Origin: Candidatus Latescibacterota bacterium
Lineage (GTDB): Bacteria > Latescibacterota > UBA2968
Length of the DNA stretch: 34,953 nt
Assembly (NCBI GenBank): GCA_038279365.1
Contig: JAYODI010000065.1
Coordinates: 1-34,953, forward strand
Direction of reading: 5' to 3'
Shown: positions 18,472-28,387 of the stretch, piece by piece
How positions within the stretch are numbered: position 1 is the stretch's first letter
Layout: each line of letters begins with the position of its first letter
Position numbers and translations under genes: made by a program
The notes under the pieces: generated by a model
Seen by the model: only the letters and a program-made list of their open reading frames with translations
Told to the model about the DNA's origin: nothing
The model's database searches: none

Positions 18472-20259
18472 TTAATGTGAGTGCCTGGGAATATTGTCTT
18501 TCACATTTTGATATTTGACGGCGAGTTCCAAACAGGCGCCTGTGGCAAGTTGGCCAACGTTGTTGCGATACATTTCTTGCCAGGGTGTTTGGTGGAATAG
18601 TTCGGGTTGTTTCCAGTTCTTTTTGCGTGTTTCTAATTCTTCATCGCTGATGAGCATATTTGCTGTGTGTGTGTTGAGGTCGATGCGCACGCGATCACCG
18701 GTTTGTAAAAAAGCCAACCCTCCGCCGACAGTGGCTTCGGGTGAGGCATTGAGAATGGATGGGCTGGCCGAGGTACCACTTTGGCGACCATCGCCGATGC
18801 AGGGCAATTCGTGGATGCCTGCTTGCACGAGTCGGTCGGGAGGCAGCATGTTAACAACTTCGGCAGAACCAGGATACCCCACGGGGCCACAATAACGAAT
18901 AAAGAGCATGGAATCGCCATCAATGGGCAAGTTGGGGTCGTTGATGCGGTGGTGGTAGTCTTCGGGACCATCAAAGACAACGGCGGTACCTTCCCAGGCG
19001 TTTTCATCGCCGGTGCGTTGGAGATATTTTTTTCTGAAGTCTTCGCTGATGACTGAGGTTTTTAAGAGGCCCGCGTCGAAGAGATTGCCCGACAAGACGA
19101 TAAAACCAGCATCTTTTTTGAGAGGGTTGTTGTAGGTTTTAATGACGCGATCATCTTCTATTTCTTGGTTGGCCAAATTTTCGGCCATGGTTTTGCCCGT
19201 AACGGTGAGGCATTCGCCGTGGAGTTTGCCTGCTTTGAGGACTTCGTTCATGACGGCAGGTACACCGCCAGCACGATAAAAGGCTTCGCCAAGGTATTCT
19301 CCAGCGGGTTGGCAGTTGACGAGAAGGGGGATTTTGTGGCCATAGGTTTGCCAGTCTTTGATGGGGAGTTCGAGACCAATGTGACGGGCAAAGGCCGTGA
19401 TATGAACGGGTGTGTTGGTAGACCCACCGAGGGCTGAGTTGGTGACAATGGCATTTTGGAAGGCTTTTGGGGTAAGAATTTTGGAAGGGGTGAGGTCTTC
19501 GTGTACCATATCGACAATGCGCATGCCGGTGCGGTAGGCCATTTGTTTGCGTGCCCGATAGGGTGCAGGAATGGCGGCACATCCGGTGAGGGAAAGGCCA
19601 AGGGCTTCAGCCATTGAGTTCATGGAGAGTGCGGTGCCCATGGTGTTACAGTGGCCTACGCTGGGTGAGGAAGACGTGACCATGTCCATAAAACCATCGT
19701 AGTCTATGGTGCCTGCGGCATATTCTTCGCGGGCTTCCCAAACGACAGTGCCAGAACCAGCAAGGCGGCCTTTCCAGTGGCCGTCGAGCATGGGGCCACC
19801 AGAGAGGACGATGGCTGGGATGTTGACAGTGCAGGCGGCCATAATGCAGGCGGGGGTGGTTTTGTCACAGCCTGTGGTGAGTACAACCCCATCGAGGGGG
19901 TAGCCGTGGAGGACTTCAACGAGGCCAAGGTAGGCTAAGTTGCGGTCTAAAGCGGCGGTGGGGCGTTTGCCTTGTTCGGCAATGGGGTGAACGGGAAACT
20001 CGAAAGGGATGCCACCGTTGTCCCGAATGCCTGCTTTGACGCGGTCTACAAGGTCTTTGTGAACCATGTTACAGGGGGTGAGGTCGCCGCCTGTTTGGGC
20101 AATGCCGATGACGGGTTTGCCCGATTGGAGTTCTTCGCGGGTCCAGCCGTAGTTCATGTAGCGTTCGACATAAACGGCGGTCATGCCCATGTTGTGGGGG
20201 TTGTTGAACCATTCTTGGCTGCGGAGTTTGCCTTTAACTTCGGCGTAGTTTTTTTTCAT
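18472..20259 (-). CDS. xylD: IlvD/Edd-family sugar-acid dehydratase, D-xylonate dehydratase-like
   Basis: [29 protein letters not shown]. The N-terminal [15 protein letters not shown] and C-terminal PRHSH resemble Caulobacter-type XylD as recalled; substrate not proven. Confidence 0.8.
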   Translation of the reverse strand: MKKNYAEVKGKLRSQEWFNNPHNMGMTAVYVERYMNYGWTREELQSGKPVIGIAQTGGDLTPCNMVHKDLVDRVKAGIRDNGGIPFEFPVHPIAEQGKRPTAALDRNLAYLGLVEVLHGYPLDGVVLTTGCDKTTPACIMAACTVNIPAIVLSGGPMLDGHWKGRLAGSGTVVWEAREEYAAGTIDYDGFMDMVTSSSPSVGHCNTMGTALSMNSMAEALGLSLTGCAAIPAPYRARKQMAYRTGMRIVDMVHEDLTPSKILTPKAFQNAIVTNSALGGSTNTPVHITAFARHIGLELPIKDWQTYGHKIPLLVNCQPAGEYLGEAFYRAGGVPAVMNEVLKAGKLHGECLTVTGKTMAENLANQEIEDDRVIKTYNNPLKKDAGFIVLSGNLFDAGLLKTSVISEDFRKKYLQRTGDENAWEGTAVVFDGPEDYHHRINDPNLPIDGDSMLFIRYCGPVGYPGSAEVVNMLPPDRLVQAGIHELPCIGDGRQSGTSASPSILNASPEATVGGGLAFLQTGDRVRIDLNTHTANMLISDEELETRKKNWKQPELFHQTPWQEMYRNNVGQLATGACLELAVKYQNVKDNIPRHSH

Positions 20260-20552
20260 TTTGGGTTCCTTGGTTTTAACTCTTACTTCTTTAACACCTT
20301 GCCTGTGGCGCGTTACTTTTTTTCTACAGCCAAAAAAAATAACCCAAAAAGGCCGCCCCTCAAGTGCCGGGGAGGCTGATTTTCCGCAAATACCTTTTGT
20401 GTGTGCAAAAGATAAGTGGCCTGCCAGCTTGTGTGGTTTTTAGAAATGATGTGCTGGACGGAATGGTGCGGAAAATCGAGGGTGGTTCTTGGTGATAGAA
20501 GTAAAAAGAGTAAGGTTACTTTCGTTTGGGTGAATGGTGTTTTGTTCGCGAA

Positions 20553-21365
20553 TTATTGTTCGTATAATACAGGGTTAATGGGGGTGTTGATGATTTCGCC
20601 AATTTTGGCACCGGGGCAACAGCCTTCCCAGTCGCGCTGTTGGTTTTCGTTTTCGGGTTTTTTGAGGCGCATGTCGATGTCCATGTAGATGATGGTCATG
20701 ACTTCGCGGGGTTTGTCGGTTTGGTTGTGGTCGGCTCGGTGGAAGGTCCAGCCATAGTGAAAGCTGACTTCGCCGAGGTCGTAGGGTTCTTGAATATAAG
20801 GGAATTGGGCATCGGAGAGGGCGGTTTGGATTTTTTGTTCGCTTTCGTCGCTGATGCTTAAGTCGCGGCCAAAGGTGAAGGTGTGGCTGCCTTCGGCAAA
20901 GGCCATGGGGCCCATTTCTAAGGGTGTTTTTTGAAGGGGGATCCAAACGGTACAGCATTTTTCGGTGGCCAAGGGCCAGTAAAATTGATCGGCGTGCCAG
21001 GGGGTAAACCCACCACCTGCTTCTTTGTAGAGGGCTTGGTCGTGATACATGCGCACACCACGTGTGCCCATGAGTTCTGTGGCAATGCGTGGAAGCCGTT
21101 TGCCAAAGACAAATTCTTTTACAAGATCGCTTTTTGTCCAAAGGTTGCCTATTTGGATGAAGGCTTTTTTATAGGTGGAGCGTTCAGACATGGGCTGGGT
21201 GTTTGTGTTGAGCTCGTGTACTTTTTGGGTAAATTCTTGGCCGTAGTGTGACAATACTTGTGGAGATAAGACGTCTTTTAGTTTGATAAAACCGCGTTTT
21301 TGAAAAGATGCGATTTGCTCGGGCGTGACAGGATAATGTGTGTCGATATCCAGTGTTGTTGCCAT
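20553..21365 (-). CDS. PhyH-family Fe(II)/2-oxoglutarate dioxygenase
   Basis: TPWHAD (HxD), TVWIPL, GSH and distal TFHRA. Confidence 0.9.
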   Translation of the reverse strand: MATTLDIDTHYPVTPEQIASFQKRGFIKLKDVLSPQVLSHYGQEFTQKVHELNTNTQPMSERSTYKKAFIQIGNLWTKSDLVKEFVFGKRLPRIATELMGTRGVRMYHDQALYKEAGGGFTPWHADQFYWPLATEKCCTVWIPLQKTPLEMGPMAFAEGSHTFTFGRDLSISDESEQKIQTALSDAQFPYIQEPYDLGEVSFHYGWTFHRADHNQTDKPREVMTIIYMDIDMRLKKPENENQQRDWEGCCPGAKIGEIINTPINPVLYEQ

Positions 21366-21494
21366 TGGGGATGTCCTTGTTTAGATTAGGAGTGTTTAAA
21401 TATTAAACATCTTAAGATAGGAATAATACGGAAGTGTTATTTTTAGGCAAAGACAAAATTGGCTTTGAAAAAATATTTTTGATGGGTGTGAAAG

Positions 21495-22664
21495 ATGAAT
21501 CGTCGTAGGAAAGTGTTGCATACAATGACCTGGCTAGCACCGGGGGGTGGTGCAGATCGCAATGTGTATTTGACGATGAAGGAAATGCGCAAGGCGTATG
21601 ACTTACATTTGGTGGTGGGACATGAAATTCATCGGCGCGATTTTTTTGAATTGGAAGGGATAACCATTCATGTGTGCCCTTATTTGGATCGTGAGATTCA
21701 TCCTTGGCGCGATTTTTTGTCTTTGATTTGGTTTTTTAGATTGATTAGGCGTGAACGGTATGATCTTGTGCATACACATGAGACAAAAGCAAGTTTGATT
21801 GGGCGTGTGGCGGCTTGGATGGCACGTTGCCCACATATAATTTATGGTTTACATGGTGTGGCTTTTAATGATCCGATGAGCAAGTTGAAACGCGCGTTTT
21901 ATATTGGGCTTGAAAAAGGAACCATTGGGTGTGCACACCATATTGTTTCTGTGGGAGAAGATACCCTCAATGAATATCGCAAACACCAGATTGGGTGTCA
22001 TATTCCAAAACAAGTGGTCTATAGTGGGATTGATGTTGAACGATATAAACAACACATATCGGAAGCAGATAAATGTGCTTGGCGACAGCAGTGGGGCATT
22101 GCTCCTGATGCCATTGTTTTGGTGAATATTGGGCGGTTTTCGGTGGCGAAAGCACAGCATTATACGATTCGGGCATTTGCAAAATTGCGTGCCCAAAATG
22201 CAAACCTGCGTTTGTTGTTGGTTGGTGAAGGGCCTGAGAAAGAGGTGTGCAAACAGCTTTGTCAAGAATTGGGTATTGCAAAGGATGTGATCTTTGCTGG
22301 ATTTTGTGAAGATGTGGTGCCCGTGTATGCGATTTCGGATATTCATATGTTGACTTCGCTGCGTGAAGGGTTGCCGAGTGTGGCGGTGGAGGCATCGTTG
22401 TCTCGGGTGCCAACGGTGGCATTTGAGGTAGAAGGTATTTATGAGATTGTGACACCAGATAAAACGGGGTATGTGGTTGGGCAGGGTGATGTAGATGCTT
22501 TGGTGGATTGTGCGCAAAAACTGTTAGATGATGCTGAAAAAAGACAGTTGTTTGGGCAAGAAGCCTTTGGGTGGGCCATAGAAAGATGGGATCATCGTGT
22601 GATGGTGAGAGATTTGAATGTTTTGTATCAAGATATGTTGAAGGAGTCCCATGAAAAAACTTAA
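21495..22664 (+). CDS. GT4 glycosyltransferase
   Basis: GGGA N-terminus, LVHTH..K, IGRF..K and EGLPSVAVEA signature. Confidence 0.9.
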   Translation: MNRRRKVLHTMTWLAPGGGADRNVYLTMKEMRKAYDLHLVVGHEIHRRDFFELEGITIHVCPYLDREIHPWRDFLSLIWFFRLIRRERYDLVHTHETKASLIGRVAAWMARCPHIIYGLHGVAFNDPMSKLKRAFYIGLEKGTIGCAHHIVSVGEDTLNEYRKHQIGCHIPKQVVYSGIDVERYKQHISEADKCAWRQQWGIAPDAIVLVNIGRFSVAKAQHYTIRAFAKLRAQNANLRLLLVGEGPEKEVCKQLCQELGIAKDVIFAGFCEDVVPVYAISDIHMLTSLREGLPSVAVEASLSRVPTVAFEVEGIYEIVTPDKTGYVVGQGDVDALVDCAQKLLDDAEKRQLFGQEAFGWAIERWDHRVMVRDLNVLYQDMLKESHEKT

Positions 22665-22770
22665 TACCATACTGGGTATGGAGGCATTTGGGGTTGGTTA
22701 TGTTACATCTCCATTTAAGATGAAAAATTGTGGACGCAAGAGACGTGTGACCATTTGGTTATCGAAGTAA
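22651..22770 (+). CDS. Small ORF (39 aa) not in the ORF track: MKKLNTILGMEAFGVGYVTSPFKMKNCGRKRRVTIWLSK
   Basis: AAGGAG at 22641-22646, ATG 22651 overlapping the GT4 end, and TAA 22768-22770 one base before the next ATG. Confidence 0.45.
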   Translation: MKKLNTILGMEAFGVGYVTSPFKMKNCGRKRRVTIWLSK

Positions 22771-22771
22771 T

Positions 22772-23764
22772 ATGATATCGTTTGCAAACAGTTCTTATCG
22801 CACCCAAGTGACGCGTTTGAGAAGACTGGCCCAAAATGCATTGAGGCAATATGCATTGGGCAAAGTGTCCATTCGATTGATTGCACATTGGAACAACACC
22901 ACGTTTGATGTGTGTGATAAATGGGGAGAACGTTATGTGTTGCGCATCGGACGCCCAGGTTTTCAGGATGTGCTGCAGGTTCAGTCGGAAGTGGCATGGT
23001 TAGCGCGGATTGAGGCAGAGACGGATATTTGTGTGCCACAAGTGGTGAGGACGATATCAGATCAAAAGGTGATTGAGGTTGGGGCTGATGCCGTTCCTGA
23101 AGCACGTGTTTGTGTGTTGTTTAAGCGCAGATTTGGTTTTTTTTATGATCGTGGGTTGTTGCCTCCGTATTATGAACGGGCTGGGCGCTTGTTGGCACAA
23201 TTACATGTATTTGCTCAGTCTTTTGTGGCACCCAAAGATTTTGTTCGTAAAACGTGGACAGCTGAGACCGCACTGGGGTGTGTGTCGGCTGTCGATCAAG
23301 ATGCTTTTGATCGGTTATTGCGTCCCAAAGATGAAGCCATTTATCGGGCGGTGTGGGATCGTTATGTGGAAGTGTGGCATACATTGGGGTTACAGGCTGA
23401 TCATTATGGTGTGATTCACGGTGATTTTCATCCGAGAAATATTTTGTTTATACCAAATGGGGTGGGTGCGATTGATTTTGACGAGTGTGGGTGGGGGCAT
23501 TATCTTCACGATGTGTCGGTGGCCCTAATGGGGATTCGCAAACACAAACGATATGGGGTTTTGCACGATGCTTTTTTAAAAGGATATTGTGACGTGCGTG
23601 TTTTGCCCGAAGTATTGGATGGTGCGCTTCAGGCATTTATGGCGGGGCGTATGTTGGGGTTGGCAGTATGGACAGCGGGTGTGACGGATCATCCTTGGAA
23701 TCGGAACCACGCACAGCGTGTGGTGGTAGAAACAATGGATGAGTTGGAACGTATGATTTTTTGA
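22772..23764 (+). CDS. APH / homoserine-kinase-II-like phosphotransferase
   Basis: YVLRI, Brenner motif IHGDFHPRN and IDFDEC. Confidence 0.88.
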   Translation: MISFANSSYRTQVTRLRRLAQNALRQYALGKVSIRLIAHWNNTTFDVCDKWGERYVLRIGRPGFQDVLQVQSEVAWLARIEAETDICVPQVVRTISDQKVIEVGADAVPEARVCVLFKRRFGFFYDRGLLPPYYERAGRLLAQLHVFAQSFVAPKDFVRKTWTAETALGCVSAVDQDAFDRLLRPKDEAIYRAVWDRYVEVWHTLGLQADHYGVIHGDFHPRNILFIPNGVGAIDFDECGWGHYLHDVSVALMGIRKHKRYGVLHDAFLKGYCDVRVLPEVLDGALQAFMAGRMLGLAVWTAGVTDHPWNRNHAQRVVVETMDELERMIF

Positions 23765-23828
23765 TCTGTGTTGGTTTCGAGATGTTTTTGGTTTCGACTG
23801 TTTTTGTGCATGAGAAAGGATAATTAAG

Positions 23829-24608
23829 ATGGCATCTGACACTGCGTATCAAGTTTCGGAAGAAGAGAAGTTTATTTTTGATTTGGACGGCTATATTGTG
23901 ATTAAAAATGTGTTGTCGGCTGATGAGGTAGATGAATTAAACGCCATCGCAGATGAAAAGATGGCGGCTCAAGAAGGTATAGATGGGTATCAGAATGTGC
24001 GCCAGCCATCGGCTTGGGGTGCACCTTTTCAACGGTTGTTGGATCACCCGCGTGTGATGCCTTATTTGTTAGAATTTTTGGGACCTAAGGTGCGGATTGA
24101 TCACGACTATTTGATCTTTATGGAAAAAGGTGCCAAGCGGGGGCGTTTACACGGTGGCGACAATGGGTCTGAAGGTGATCATTGGTATAAATATCGCGAT
24201 GGGGTGATTCGCACGGGTTTAACGGTGGTGACCTTTTTTACATCTCCTGCACGTGTGGGTGATGGTGGATTTTGTTGTATTCCGGGCACACACAAAACGA
24301 ATTTTTTGCGAAGCATTCCGCAAGATGTGCGCAACTTTGAACGCACGCCTCATTATGTGCGCCAACCCGAAGTGGAAGCAGGTGATGCTTTAATGTTTAG
24401 CGAGGCATTGGTTCACGGCACCATGCCTTGGGCTGCCGATCATCAACGGCGTGCTTTTTTGTATAAATATAGCCCTGGGCATTCGGCGTGGTCGGGCAAG
24501 TATTACGATTTGTCTCAGTATGAAAATTTGACCGAGCAACAATTGCGGTTGATGGCCCCGCCTTCCATTGGGAGTCGACCCGATACGGTGCTTTCTGAAG
24601 AGGCATAG
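23829..24608 (+). CDS. PhyH-family Fe(II)/2-oxoglutarate enzyme with atypical HxG motif
   Basis: FDLDGYIVIKNVLS, GGFCCIPGTHK and AGDALMFSEALVHG; the first metal motif reads LHGGD. GAAAGGA RBS. Confidence 0.85.
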   Translation: MASDTAYQVSEEEKFIFDLDGYIVIKNVLSADEVDELNAIADEKMAAQEGIDGYQNVRQPSAWGAPFQRLLDHPRVMPYLLEFLGPKVRIDHDYLIFMEKGAKRGRLHGGDNGSEGDHWYKYRDGVIRTGLTVVTFFTSPARVGDGGFCCIPGTHKTNFLRSIPQDVRNFERTPHYVRQPEVEAGDALMFSEALVHGTMPWAADHQRRAFLYKYSPGHSAWSGKYYDLSQYENLTEQQLRLMAPPSIGSRPDTVLSEEA

Positions 24609-24740
24609 GATGGATGATGAAATAGCGTGAATAGGAAGTGGGAAGAAGAAAGCTAGAAGATGCAACAACAGTGCTCTCTTTTCTTTCTTCTCTCTTCTTT
24701 CTTTTTGATCGGATTTTCAACTCTTTCTTCCGAGGTTTTT

Positions 24741-27308
24741 ATGAATATCCCCCCGTCTGCACATTTTACGCCTGTTGCATTGGATAAATATTTCAATGTG
24801 AACCATGCAAAACTCGAAGGGTTTTTTGGTGAAGACGATTCACTGGATGATTTTTTGGGCAATCAATCGGTGTTGGGTATTCCTTTTGAGTTGGGAGATG
24901 CCCATAAGAAGAATGGTGTGTTGTTAAATGATGCCTCGGTTGAAATTGCCTTAGATGACATCAAGGCCACCTATGTGTTGGTTCTTCATGTGGTGGAAGA
25001 TCGCGTAACCAATTATTTAGATGGTTTTGCCGATTTTGCAAAAGATGGCAATGAGTTGGGCGACCATGTGTCTGATTATGCACTTGAATATGACGATGGA
25101 GAAATACACAAGACGCCGATTTTGAGACGTTTTGCCATTCAGCAACCCCATATTGGGTGGGGGGCCAGTGCTTTTGCGGCGATGCCAGCAGCCAAACCTG
25201 GTGTGGTGATGACGGTAACGGAAGAACAAAGTTTGGGGCGCCGCCCAGTGGCCGCTTATGGGCGGGGTGAAACGCGTCACAATTCGGGTAGAGAAGGCAT
25301 GCGCACCAAGCTGTGGGTTTATGCATTGCCCAACCCCAACCCAGATAAGCCGATTAAGACATTGGTTTTGACACCCAAAGAAGAACGGTCTTTGGTATTG
25401 GGTGTTGCACATACCCGTGTTAAGGAACATCCATTGCGCCCAGGGATTCGGCAAAAGTTGCGGTTGGAATTGCCAAATGGTGCCCAATTGAATCGTTTGG
25501 GTGAATTGGAAGAGGTAGACATTGATTTGGGTACGGTGATTTCAGCACGTGCCGTGTTGCAATATGATGCTGCGCGATGGGCAAGCGATGAGCCCGATGT
25601 GCAGCCCGAGCGATCTGACAATGAAGTGGTGATAGAATATATCGCACATCCACAGGCGAAGATGTATGTGGGGGTGAATAATGATGAAGATCCACCTTGG
25701 GTGGCCTATGATTTGGCCAATAAACAAGGTGATGTGGTGGCCATCAAAGCGGCGCATCGCCCGGTAAAGATTAAGGTGGTGGATAAAAAAACAGGTCAGC
25801 CAGTGTCTGTACGATTGCATTTGCACGGTAAAGCAGGTGAATATTTGCCTCCCAAAGGGTATCATCGCAAGGTGAATGGCAATTGGTTTGAAGACAATTA
25901 TGGTGAGTTTGTGAATGGTCGCAATCAGTACTGTTATATCTTGGGTGAGTGTGTGGCTGATTTGCCCTTAGGTGAGGTATTTATTGAGATCTCGAAAGGG
26001 TATGAAATCAAGCCCATTCGCGAAATGTTTGTGGTAACGGCTGATACGGATGAGCTGACATTTGTGTTGGATCACGTGTTGCCTTGGCGCGAAGCGGGCT
26101 GGGTAACAGCAGACACACACGTTCATTTTTTGAGCCCACAAACGGCCAAGTTGGAAGGCGAGGGCGAGGGCGTGAATGTGGTGAACCTATTGGCGAGTCA
26201 ATGGGGTGAGATGTTTTCCAATGTGTCAGATTTTGATGGCAAGACCACCCTTGGTGCAAAGGATTTTGGTGGTGATGGTGAGTTCTTGGTGCGGGTGGGC
26301 ACAGAGAATCGGATGCAGGTGTTGGGGCATATTTCGCTGTTGGGGTATTCGGGCGCAATGATTCACCCGCTATGTTCGGGGGGGGCCTCTGAGTCGGCCA
26401 TTGGTGATGCGCAAGAAGTGTCGATGGCAGAGTGGGCGCAACGCTGTGTGGATCAGGGTGGTTTGGTGGTGATGCCACACGGGCCTAACCCACAGTGTGA
26501 ACGCGCTGCCGATATTGTGTTGGGCCTGATTCACGCGATGGAGATGATGACGTTTAACCCGCACCAAGGACAGTTAAATCCTTATGGCATTGCTGATTGG
26601 TATCGTTATTTGAATTTGGGATATCACATTCCGGTGGTGGGTGGGTCCGACAAAATGGCGGCTGCGTCACAATTGGGTGGGGTGCGCACCTATACCCATT
26701 TGGGCGATGCAGAATTTACGTACGAAAACTGGATGAAGGCCACCAAGGCGGGCAATACGTTTGTCACAGTGGGGCCGTTGGCCGAGATGACGGTTGAGGG
26801 GCAATTGCCAGGTTCCAAAGTGACATTGCCTGCAAGTGGGGGCACGGTAGATGTGGCGTGGAAAGTAGAATCGGTGAGTTTGCCAATTGATCAGGTGGAA
26901 ATTGTGGTGGGTGGGTTGACACATGAGCAAGTGAATGTAAATAAAGAACTGGCCGCGTCGGGCACTGCAAAGGTGAAGGTGACCGATTCCACGTGGATTG
27001 GTTTGCGTGTGCGAGGCAGTTATCAGGGCAAACACGGTGAGATTGCTGCACACACGAGCGTGGTGCAAGTGTTGGTTGCGGGCAAGCCGTTGTATAATCA
27101 AAATGACGCCACAGCGGTTTTACAACAAATTGAAGGAGCCATTGCTTATGTCGATACATTGGCACCGCGCCCAGAAGCAACCCGCTTCAAACAAATGCGT
27201 GCCACATTAGAAGCCGCGCACAATCGTTTGCATCAACAGATGCACCAAAATGGCGTGTTTCACAATCATTCGGTGTTGCATGACCACGGTCATTCACACG
27301 AACATTAA
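24741..27308 (+). CDS. Large PHP-like metallohydrolase (CehA/McbA-like)
   Basis: GWVTADTHVH, G.ENR..LGH, VMPH, WYRYLNLG..GGSD and G.TFVT.GP motifs; His-rich C-terminus. ATG 24741 lies behind GAGG. Confidence 0.75.
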   Translation: MNIPPSAHFTPVALDKYFNVNHAKLEGFFGEDDSLDDFLGNQSVLGIPFELGDAHKKNGVLLNDASVEIALDDIKATYVLVLHVVEDRVTNYLDGFADFAKDGNELGDHVSDYALEYDDGEIHKTPILRRFAIQQPHIGWGASAFAAMPAAKPGVVMTVTEEQSLGRRPVAAYGRGETRHNSGREGMRTKLWVYALPNPNPDKPIKTLVLTPKEERSLVLGVAHTRVKEHPLRPGIRQKLRLELPNGAQLNRLGELEEVDIDLGTVISARAVLQYDAARWASDEPDVQPERSDNEVVIEYIAHPQAKMYVGVNNDEDPPWVAYDLANKQGDVVAIKAAHRPVKIKVVDKKTGQPVSVRLHLHGKAGEYLPPKGYHRKVNGNWFEDNYGEFVNGRNQYCYILGECVADLPLGEVFIEISKGYEIKPIREMFVVTADTDELTFVLDHVLPWREAGWVTADTHVHFLSPQTAKLEGEGEGVNVVNLLASQWGEMFSNVSDFDGKTTLGAKDFGGDGEFLVRVGTENRMQVLGHISLLGYSGAMIHPLCSGGASESAIGDAQEVSMAEWAQRCVDQGGLVVMPHGPNPQCERAADIVLGLIHAMEMMTFNPHQGQLNPYGIADWYRYLNLGYHIPVVGGSDKMAAASQLGGVRTYTHLGDAEFTYENWMKATKAGNTFVTVGPLAEMTVEGQLPGSKVTLPASGGTVDVAWKVESVSLPIDQVEIVVGGLTHEQVNVNKELAASGTAKVKVTDSTWIGLRVRGSYQGKHGEIAAHTSVVQVLVAGKPLYNQNDATAVLQQIEGAIAYVDTLAPRPEATRFKQMRATLEAAHNRLHQQMHQNGVFHNHSVLHDHGHSHEH

Positions 27309-27320
27309 AATGGATGAATT

Positions 27321-27360
27321 GAAACGCCTGTTCTTAAATGGACAGGCGTTTCTTTTTCTT
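27321..27360 (+). terminator. Probable intrinsic terminator
   Basis: GAAACGCCTGT / ACAGGCGTTTC stem followed by a T run. Confidence 0.75.
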
Positions 27361-27373
27361 TTGAGGACAATGG

Positions 27374-27967
27374 ATGAAAAAGGTGAGCCGAATTTTAATT
27401 GGAGTTGTGTTGCCACTGATATTTTTGTCGGGTTGTGCAACATTGCGTGAAGTGGCGGCGTTGCGCAAGGTGGATTTTAGCTTGAGTGGGGTAAACGATC
27501 CTGTGCTTGCAGGGGTGTCATTAAAGGATGTGCGGTCTTATAAGGATATTGGTTTTTTGGATGCGGGGCGTTTGGCACTGGCTTTGGCGAGTAAAGAATT
27601 GCCGTTGACGTTTGTGTTGAAGGTACGGGCAGAGAACCCAGCAGACAATACGGTTCCGGCGCGTTTTGTGGGAATGGCTTGGACACTCTTTTTGCAAGAC
27701 AAGGAGACGATTAGTGGCACGGTTGATCAGAATATTGTTTTGCAACCGGGTGAACCCCAAGATGTGCCAATTGTGGTGGGGCTGAATTTGATGGACTTTT
27801 TTGACGGGGGCATTCGTGATTTGGTCGATTTGGCGTCTTCTTTAACGGGCAAAGAGGGTTCAACCTCAAGCATTCGTTTGCAGGTGACGCCGACAATTAA
27901 TACGTCTTTGGGGCCGATTCAATACCCACAACCGATTACAGTGATTAATAAACAAATTGGATCATAG
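27374..27967 (+). CDS. Lipoprotein, LEA_2/WHy-like fold possible
   Basis: Basic N-terminus, hydrophobic stretch and LSGC lipobox; V.AENP motif and beta-rich pattern. Confidence 0.7.
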   Translation: MKKVSRILIGVVLPLIFLSGCATLREVAALRKVDFSLSGVNDPVLAGVSLKDVRSYKDIGFLDAGRLALALASKELPLTFVLKVRAENPADNTVPARFVGMAWTLFLQDKETISGTVDQNIVLQPGEPQDVPIVVGLNLMDFFDGGIRDLVDLASSLTGKEGSTSSIRLQVTPTINTSLGPIQYPQPITVINKQIGS

Positions 27968-28057
27968 GGATAAATATTAAATTTTTTCTATTATTTTATA
28001 AATACCCTTTTAAATAAGGGTATTTATTTTTAATAAAAATATCTTTACGTAAGGATA

Positions 28058-28103
28058 TTGATTTTTTGTAAAAAATGATGTATGTTATATACATCATTTT
28101 TTA
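28058..28103 (+). promoter_or_regulatory. Promoter with overlapping palindromic operator for the toxin-antitoxin operon
   Basis: TTGATT (28058)-17 nt-TATGTT (28081). A perfect 15-bp inverted repeat TAAAAAATGATGTAT-gttat-ATACATCATTTTTTA (28069-28103) lies just before AGGAGG. Confidence 0.65.
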
Positions 28104-28115
28104 GGAGGTGTTGCA

Positions 28116-28373
28116 ATGTCTGGAATGATTCGTACTCAAATCTACCTTTCATCCGAACAACATGATGCGTTGAAACGACGCGGCGAAGGGGCAAAAAAAA
28201 CAATGGCTTCAATGATTCGAGAAGCCGTGGATCACTATTTGGCAGAAGAACAAGCACCTTCTCCTTTTCCCGTTGATGATCCTTTGTTTGATTTGATCGG
28301 GGCTGTTGACACTGGCCCGACAGATGTGTCAGAAAATCACGACATCTATCTTTATAACGATCCACATAAATAA
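28116..28373 (+). CDS. Ribbon-helix-helix (CopG-like) antitoxin
   Basis: RTQIYL..EQ...LKR......MASMIREAVD.YL N-terminus and DVSENHD.YLY C-terminus; AGGAGG RBS; upstream of a PIN gene. Confidence 0.85.
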   Translation: MSGMIRTQIYLSSEQHDALKRRGEGAKKTMASMIREAVDHYLAEEQAPSPFPVDDPLFDLIGAVDTGPTDVSENHDIYLYNDPHK

Positions 28374-28387
28374 TGGATAAAACTGTT

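Noticed and set aside
24660-24740. Signal peptide on the metallohydrolase from the longer ORF start
   Set aside because: The Phe/Leu/Ser stretch is a translation of the pyrimidine-rich repeat arm, and ATG 24741 has the better RBS.
5347-27308. Many antisense and alternate-frame ORFs over the long genes
   Set aside because: They are shadows of well-supported genes and show no motifs of their own.
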